This document shows positions 55,058 to 60,325 of a stretch of DNA of 60,325 nucleotides, one piece after another. Each line of letters begins with the position of its first letter. The stretch's first letter is position 1. The DNA lies in IMG/VR virus record IMGVR_UViG_3300030107_001017, positions 1 through 60,325 of that record. One strand, 5' to 3'. The notes beneath the pieces were generated by a model. It ran no database searches and was not told the DNA's origin. It saw nothing but the letters and a program-made list of their open reading frames with translations. A program made the translations under genes and the position numbers. The stretch comes from a virus (lineage: Duplodnaviria; Caudoviricetes).

Positions 55058-56919
55058 CTTCTGCCGTCTGGTCTAATATCCAAACGAGTAGCTCCGAGTC
55101 GCCAACCTGTTTCTGTATTAGCTGGTACGTTATCATCGTCTGATTCTAACCTAACCACTGCCTGTCTAGCTCTTGCCCTGACGTGGTTTTGTTTAGTAGA
55201 GCTAGAAATGACAGACGTGCTGTTAGTGCTCAAATCTTCTCCGGGAAAATTACGGGTTTTCAAAACCATATTGACCTGACCACCGCTACTGTTGCTTAAA
55301 AACCTAACATCAGGGATGATTTTATTTATGAAAGCGAATTGTTCTCCATCACCTATATCAAAATCTGAAGATTCAATGTAAACATTTGTCATTGGGCTAC
55401 CGTCTGCATCAAACCCTGTTTCTTGTTCATAAAGATAACCATCCAAGGTGGCTCGTGGGTAGGGTTCTACTCCAGCATCTAGCCAAGCGTGTCGTTCTAA
55501 AAGACCATAAGACCAAACTTGCTCACTGTAATTATAGACAACGTATTTATCTATTTCGGTAGAACTAGCCGAACAATAAAACCAACCGACTTCATCAAAC
55601 TGTGTGTTGCTAAAAGCATGGACTTTAAACGCTTGAGATGAATTAAAATCGTCAAAAACATAGGTCAAAACAGAACAAGGTATTTTCTTGATCGATCCTG
55701 TGTAAACATAAAAATTATCGTAACCCATCCAAAAAACACCAGTCGGGGCGGTGACTGCACCTTTAGGTGACATTAATCCTGTGTTTTCATTTATCAGGTT
55801 GATTCCGAATGTATAAGGTGGGCCAATAAACTGCATACTGTATAGAGCTGTGTCAGTCCATATTAAGATTTCTTGTCTTGCTTTTACGGCTCCGATGATT
55901 TGACTACCGGAGGAAAGTCTCAGTTCTCCTGCTGTGTTAGTGCTGCGTGCCTCAAAATCTAATGCGTTTTCTTGATCACTAAATGCAACTAACATTGGGT
56001 CACTTTCACCGCTGCGAGAAGAGTTTTCCATAGGATCAGCACCTAAAACTATTAAGTGTCTGTCTTTTTCTGAAGTTAACACCTGTAAACCTATGGTGGG
56101 TACATCAACAGCTCCTGCTATTCCTGCAAGTTTTATAGCTCGTACTGAAGTTCCACTGTTCTCAACCCATTTGTAAATACTCCCCCCACGAGGACAAATC
56201 ATCAAATCTTCACCGAAATGATCTTGAGACCATAAACGTAGTTGGTTACTAGAAGACAGTGCACTGGAGCTGCCCCACGTGCCAGCTCCCCACGTACCAG
56301 TTCCCCAACCAGTACCTGCGACAAATACGTCAAGTCCGACTGTGATCTGATACGTGCCTACCGTGCTACCGCCTCCGTTGCCGCTATCGCTCGCGTTAGC
56401 GGTTACAGTGGCTCCAGAAGTATCTTTAGCTTCTATAGTGTATGTACTCGTGCTGGGAACTGTGGATATTTGATACTCTTGATTCAAGACCGCTGCTGTT
56501 ACATTACCTCCCAGACTGGCTGCTCCACTAAAGGTAACAAAATCATTGGCTGCTGCTCCGTGGCTTGTGTCTGTTACAGTGATTGTTGCGTCACCGTTTG
56601 TAGCAGAAAATGTTACGTCCCCAGCACTAGTTGTACTTCGTATCGGAGTGATGTCATCAAAATCATCACCCGCTTTTATGTAAAATTTCCAGGTTGTTCC
56701 CACACCAAGATATTTTGTGCCACCTAAAGAGACCCAACCATGCAGTGATCGTGCTTTTCCTAAAAAAGTATTTAATGTGTCTTTAGCCCACCCACCTATT
56801 TTTTGAGGTCGACCATTTTTAAAACGAATAAGGTTAGCGTCAAACCACCCACCTTCGTTATCATAATCGGTTCCCTCTCTGTTTATTCCAGGCCTGAATA
56901 CAAACTTATTTAAAGGCAT
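55054..56919 (-). CDS. Tail nozzle / stabilisation protein (tail tubular B-like)
   Basis: PGINRE...IRF..GRPQKIGGW, FSDQE, NTAG..RL..GS, WTD, FDEVGWFY, WRLG..RLDIRPDGRR. Confidence 0.8.
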   Translation of the reverse strand: MPLNKFVFRPGINREGTDYDNEGGWFDANLIRFKNGRPQKIGGWAKDTLNTFLGKARSLHGWVSLGGTKYLGVGTTWKFYIKAGDDFDDITPIRSTTSAGDVTFSATNGDATITVTDTSHGAAANDFVTFSGAASLGGNVTAAVLNQEYQISTVPSTSTYTIEAKDTSGATVTANASDSGNGGGSTVGTYQITVGLDVFVAGTGWGTGTWGAGTWGSSSALSSSNQLRLWSQDHFGEDLMICPRGGSIYKWVENSGTSVRAIKLAGIAGAVDVPTIGLQVLTSEKDRHLIVLGADPMENSSRSGESDPMLVAFSDQENALDFEARSTNTAGELRLSSGSQIIGAVKARQEILIWTDTALYSMQFIGPPYTFGINLINENTGLMSPKGAVTAPTGVFWMGYDNFYVYTGSIKKIPCSVLTYVFDDFNSSQAFKVHAFSNTQFDEVGWFYCSASSTEIDKYVVYNYSEQVWSYGLLERHAWLDAGVEPYPRATLDGYLYEQETGFDADGSPMTNVYIESSDFDIGDGEQFAFINKIIPDVRFLSNSSGGQVNMVLKTRNFPGEDLSTNSTSVISSSTKQNHVRARARQAVVRLESDDDNVPANTETGWRLGATRLDIRPDGRR

Positions 56920-56921
56920 TA

Positions 56922-57362
56922 CTAATATCCCAACATTTTGTCTCTTAATCTTTCAGCTCTTTCTCCAACTTGCTCAGACCAACGACTATCCATCATTTCT
57001 TCAGCTGCCGTTTCCCAGTCCTCAAGCTCTAAAGCTGCTAAAAAGTTTTTAAAACCACGGAGTCTAGGGTAACCTAAATTAAAACACATATTAGCCAGAA
57101 CTCTCTGTCTGGTTTCTGGTAGAGTTCTCCACCAAGGGAGATTTTTATCTAGTTCCTCACAAACTGTGTCAATATCTTCGTTAAAACATTGTGTCACTCG
57201 TTCTTCAGAAACTGGTGTGCCGAGAGGTTGTCCGTGCTCTTCATCTGATTTTTTGACTAAGTGACCTATACCAAAAGTGGCGTAACCTAAATGATCTTCA
57301 TATACTTCGTATACACAACCCTCATCTAGTTTAAGTTCTTCTTCTAATTTAGCTCTATCCAT
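56922..57362 (-). CDS. Endolysin, T4-lysozyme-like (GH24)
   Basis: DEG....YEDHLGYATFGIGH...NMCFNLG...EMMDSRW..QVG.RA.RL. Confidence 0.92.
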   Translation of the reverse strand: MDRAKLEEELKLDEGCVYEVYEDHLGYATFGIGHLVKKSDEEHGQPLGTPVSEERVTQCFNEDIDTVCEELDKNLPWWRTLPETRQRVLANMCFNLGYPRLRGFKNFLAALELEDWETAAEEMMDSRWSEQVGERAERLRDKMLGY

Positions 57363-57735
57363 CTTCAGCCTCTTGTTGAGTATCTTGTTCTCTATAATAT
57401 TTTAAAATACTCAAGACCTGACGCAAATACCTTTTTACTTCAGCCATGTTAGTAGAAAGGTTCTCGTACCCTTTAGTCGTTAAGGCATACCATGCATTGG
57501 TGGGGGCTTTACCTTCGTTCAAGTCATCGAGATATTCTTGCATAAGTTCTGGATTTAACACCGTCCATTCTACAGGAACAGGTTCTATTTGATTGGGCAG
57601 TGGGGGGTGATAAGTAGGTGCTTTCTTTACCACTGTCACTACTTCTACAGGTTTTACTTCAGGAATGTCTCGACCTGAACCGAGTATAGAGCAACCGCTA
57701 ATCAGCAGCAGGAACAGAAATATTAATGTTTTCAT
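57355..57735 (-). CDS. o-spanin (lipoprotein)
   Basis: MKTLIFLFLLLISGC lipobox, Pro-rich, overlaps the i-spanin. Confidence 0.8.
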   Translation of the reverse strand: MKTLIFLFLLLISGCSILGSGRDIPEVKPVEVVTVVKKAPTYHPPLPNQIEPVPVEWTVLNPELMQEYLDDLNEGKAPTNAWYALTTKGYENLSTNMAEVKRYLRQVLSILKYYREQDTQQEAEDG

Positions 57736-58141
57736 CAAATTGTGTTTCATCGGTAATGGTTTTAAGATCACTTAGCACTGACTTGGTGCCACGGTTGATA
57801 ATATTCTCGATAAGTTTCGGCTTCCTGATGGACAACACATCCATGGAGTGCCGTGAGAACTTTTTTCTGATATCGGTTACCTCGTTTTGAGCCATCATGT
57901 TTTCTTTCTGTAGACGTTCTACTTGAGCAAGCATAAGGTCATGGTTTTGAATAGTTTGTTTTAGGTTGTCGTTTTGTTCTTCTATGGTGCGCTCTAGGGT
58001 TTTTTGGTTCTGGATTGATTGTTCTAACCTTATATGAAACGCATCAATCTCAGCCTGAGACTTGTCATAATACATTTTGAAAGACCCTGCTAGAAAAACA
58101 AGGGCGATACCTAAACCAATACTTAATTTAAATCCCATCAT
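57698..58141 (-). CDS. i-spanin
   Basis: N-terminal TM plus a long coiled coil, upstream of the lipoprotein. Confidence 0.8.
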   Translation of the reverse strand: MMGFKLSIGLGIALVFLAGSFKMYYDKSQAEIDAFHIRLEQSIQNQKTLERTIEEQNDNLKQTIQNHDLMLAQVERLQKENMMAQNEVTDIRKKFSRHSMDVLSIRKPKLIENIINRGTKSVLSDLKTITDETQFDENINISVPAAD

Positions 58142-58602
58142 TTAAAAATCAATATGACCCCTCCAATCAAGATAAATGCACAAAGTAACCCTATTGCTGT
58201 TACTCCCATAATCAACCATATCTGTTGAATCATTTTCTTTCGGGCGGCGGCTCTGGCCTTAATAGCCTCCATCTGTCGTTTGTGGTTGGCTTTCTGCCTC
58301 GCTTTAGCTTCGTCCCATCTTTGCAACAAAGCTGGATCATGGATAACTAACATATCATGCAGTGATTTTTCCCATTGATCACGACGGTGTTTAATGCTTT
58401 CTAGTTTCAATAACTCTTGTGAACTAAGATTGTTGATTATTGAGTCTTTCTTTTCACGCTCAAAAGAATCTAGCGCATCACTAAATCCTTGCATCAATTC
58501 AACTGCTTTCGCAGCCCCGTCGCCAACCTCATTTAATTTATTGATGGCGGTGGATATAGTAGACAGGATTGCACCCGCCGCTGCTACACTTTCAATTATC
58601 AT
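58138..58602 (-). CDS. Membrane protein (coiled coil with C-terminal TM)
   Basis: Hydrophobic C-terminus; located in the lysis region. Confidence 0.7.
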   Translation of the reverse strand: MIIESVAAAGAILSTISTAINKLNEVGDGAAKAVELMQGFSDALDSFEREKKDSIINNLSSQELLKLESIKHRRDQWEKSLHDMLVIHDPALLQRWDEAKARQKANHKRQMEAIKARAAARKKMIQQIWLIMGVTAIGLLCAFILIGGVILIFK

Positions 58603-58611
58603 TGTAAACCT

Positions 58612-58932
58612 CTACGGTTTACGCGACATATAGGCTGTCGCTCCGAAATACAGACCTATGATGCTGGCTTGACTAAGGAACAACATATCGCTCAGTGAAG
58701 ACAAGGTTGATAAACGTTCTTCTGGTACAAAAGGTAATAGCGGCAATAGTGAGTATAACACCATAGAAGACATAGCTACCCAAGCAATACGCCTTTGTGA
58801 ATCTTGCTTTTCTTCTCTTAAATCTAATTCTAACATTTGAGTAGCGCGTTCAAGTTCTTCGTCACTAACAGTGCCGTCTTGGTCTATGTCATATTTAGCC
58901 CAAACAGAATTTTCTTGTAACTTCTTAACCAT
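58612..58932 (-). CDS. Putative holin with an EF-hand-like loop
   Basis: DIDQDGTVSDEE followed by two TM segments (IAWVAM..., IIGLYFG). Confidence 0.65.
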   Translation of the reverse strand: MVKKLQENSVWAKYDIDQDGTVSDEELERATQMLELDLREEKQDSQRRIAWVAMSSMVLYSLLPLLPFVPEERLSTLSSLSDMLFLSQASIIGLYFGATAYMSRKP

Positions 58933-58934
58933 AA

Positions 58935-59162
58935 CTAATCCCAAAACTTTTGGTTGGCTCCAGCCATCACTGGCTTGCAGTAAGCGGTTATGTTGTGTTG
59001 TTTGATGCCCCCTCTACAACGGACATCTCGACAATTATGTTCTATCCAATATGCAAATTGCTGACATCTATGGATGTCTCTAAATAACATTTGCTCCGAA
59101 CCTTGCGTTACGTTGCCTTCTATGACTGTAACTAACATAAAGGCCAGTATTGTGCCTTTCAT
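58935..59162 (-). CDS. Small secreted Cys-containing protein
   Basis: Hydrophobic N-terminus, FRDIHRC..FA, AYCKP. Confidence 0.65.
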   Translation of the reverse strand: MKGTILAFMLVTVIEGNVTQGSEQMLFRDIHRCQQFAYWIEHNCRDVRCRGGIKQHNITAYCKPVMAGANQKFWD

Positions 59163-59165
59163 TTC

Positions 59166-59375
59166 TCATAAAAACTTTGCAGCCACTATAGTAGCCACCA
59201 TGAATGGATATACGCCCCAAATCATCATTTCTAGTTTTTTAAACTTTTCAGAACCCTCATTCAACCGTTCCTCTATTCGTTCGTATCTTAAAGCGCACTC
59301 TCTTTGGTGGGTTTTTAATTCGGCTAGGGTTTGCTGAGAATCTGAAACTTTAGCTTGGGTTCTTTTAGCAGCCAT
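59166..59375 (-). CDS. Small coiled-coil plus TM protein (XhlA/holin-like)
   Basis: HQRECALRY...LEMMIWGVYPF. Confidence 0.7.
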   Translation of the reverse strand: MAAKRTQAKVSDSQQTLAELKTHQRECALRYERIEERLNEGSEKFKKLEMMIWGVYPFMVATIVAAKFL

Positions 59376-59608
59376 TACTGTTGCTCCGCATTAGCTGCTT
59401 CTAGCTGTTGTGAGTACCAGTTAAATGCTGCTACATAGGTGTCTAGTTGCTTTTGATTAGCATTGATTAAATTAGTAATCTGACCAATCTGCTCTCTAAG
59501 CTCGTCCATACGAGCGGTTAACATCTCAGGGGTAGGAGGAAGTTGAGCAACCTCTGCCTCTTCTACAACCTCTGCGTCTACGATTTCTTCAGTGCCTTGT
59601 TCCGTCAT
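59375..59608 (-). CDS. Acidic coiled-coil protein (possible tail-fibre chaperone)
   Basis: Composition and position. Confidence 0.55.
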   Translation of the reverse strand: MTEQGTEEIVDAEVVEEAEVAQLPPTPEMLTARMDELREQIGQITNLINANQKQLDTYVAAFNWYSQQLEAANAEQQ

Positions 59609-60290
59609 CTTCTACCTTCCAAACATTCAAATTTGCGGCAACAGTACGCCGTTCACCTTCGCCCTCAAACGGGTAAACCATGTGTGTTAGCCAGCTAGGA
59701 AACATCAAGAACTTCCCTACTTCTGGCTTGATTACAAAACTTTGCGGAGGAGCTAACCGCTCTACATCTAATAAACTATTACGACCATAACTGAATGCCA
59801 GACACCCATCTGCATTTCCACTAGAGTTATACAGACTATACTCAGGGCTTCCCGCTGTGGGCTGATCTAGGATTTGTTGGGGTACTTTTGTCCAACAGGT
59901 GCAGGAGACTCCCATAATGGTTTTAGTGCCATGATCGTGCATTGGGTTGTAATCTCCCTGATAACTATGCACCGACCACAACTCGTCTGTAAGAACCTCT
60001 CTTTTACCTTTTAGTGGGTTACCAGAGTGAGCGCAGAACTGCTTGACGTAATCCATCGCCAGACCCTGAATCGTCCAGTTAAAGTCTTTTAACTCTTCAC
60101 AATGATGATCCATCGTAAGCTGTTGTCCGTGGGCTATCTGCCCGACTAATGTACCCGCATGGCTCTTGCGTTCTTGATCTACCATTAACTTATCTAGGTA
60201 GTCATTAAGAGTCCCTACCATACTTTCCGATAGCTGTGCTTCCAGCATAAACACCGCTGGTAAAGAATGAAGCGTAAAGTGTTGCTCCAT
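59589..60290 (-). CDS. 2OG-Fe(II) dioxygenase (TIGR02466-like)
   Basis: WSV...GDYNPMHDH...FPSWLTHMVYPF..EGERRTVAAN. Confidence 0.85.
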   Translation of the reverse strand: MEQHFTLHSLPAVFMLEAQLSESMVGTLNDYLDKLMVDQERKSHAGTLVGQIAHGQQLTMDHHCEELKDFNWTIQGLAMDYVKQFCAHSGNPLKGKREVLTDELWSVHSYQGDYNPMHDHGTKTIMGVSCTCWTKVPQQILDQPTAGSPEYSLYNSSGNADGCLAFSYGRNSLLDVERLAPPQSFVIKPEVGKFLMFPSWLTHMVYPFEGEGERRTVAANLNVWKVEDDGTRH

Positions 60291-60325
60291 TAGCTAGGGA
60301 TTACAAAGTTGTTATTAGGTACAGG
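60290..60325 (-). CDS. 3' end of a truncated tail-associated gene
   Basis: Reads PVPNNNFVIPS-stop with a TAATG overlap into the next gene. Confidence 0.55.
   Translation of the reverse strand, partial: PVPNNNFVIPS

Noticed and set aside
3059-59337. Other short plus-strand and nested alternative-frame ORFs in the track
   Set aside because: They lie within well-supported minus-strand genes and have no recognisable motifs.
1-60325. Prophage or terminal direct repeats
   Set aside because: No integrase, repressor or host genes were found, and the two ends share no visible sequence.

Overview
The window is a near-complete (about 60 kb) dsDNA tailed-phage genome, podovirus-like, most likely marine. 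Spanins indicate a Gram-negative host. I found no RNA polymerase, integrase, ribonucleotide reductase, DNA methyltransferase, tRNA or CRISPR array. Every supported gene is on the minus strand except a SNF2-type helicase (43261-44703). Reading leftwards from about 42.9 kb: replication genes (SSB-like, AEP primase, UvrD), then a thymidine-modification cluster (AlkB, DenV-like, aGPT-Pplase1, Nmad1-like, dUTPase, TAGT/GREB1-like glycosyltransferase, dUMP hydroxymethylase-type thymidylate synthase homologue), exonuclease, PolA, small early genes, a repeat-rich non-coding region (probable terminus/origin), a 1022-aa polyvalent protein, TerL, portal, small basic proteins, GroES, scaffold, capsid and tail genes. 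The tail fibre runs off the left edge. The right end carries a 2OG oxygenase, lysis genes, nozzle and ejection proteins. Most notable observations: (1) a hmdU hypermodification operon with a glycosyltransferase but no recognisable hmdU kinase; (2) a spacing-conserved ~95-bp iteron-like element present twice in inverted orientation; (3) three paralogues of a small DIKYD-motif domain, each with its own promoter; (4) two or three candidate structured RNAs; (5) a tail-fibre frameshift at a repeat. All functional calls come from motif recognition by eye; no database searches were run.
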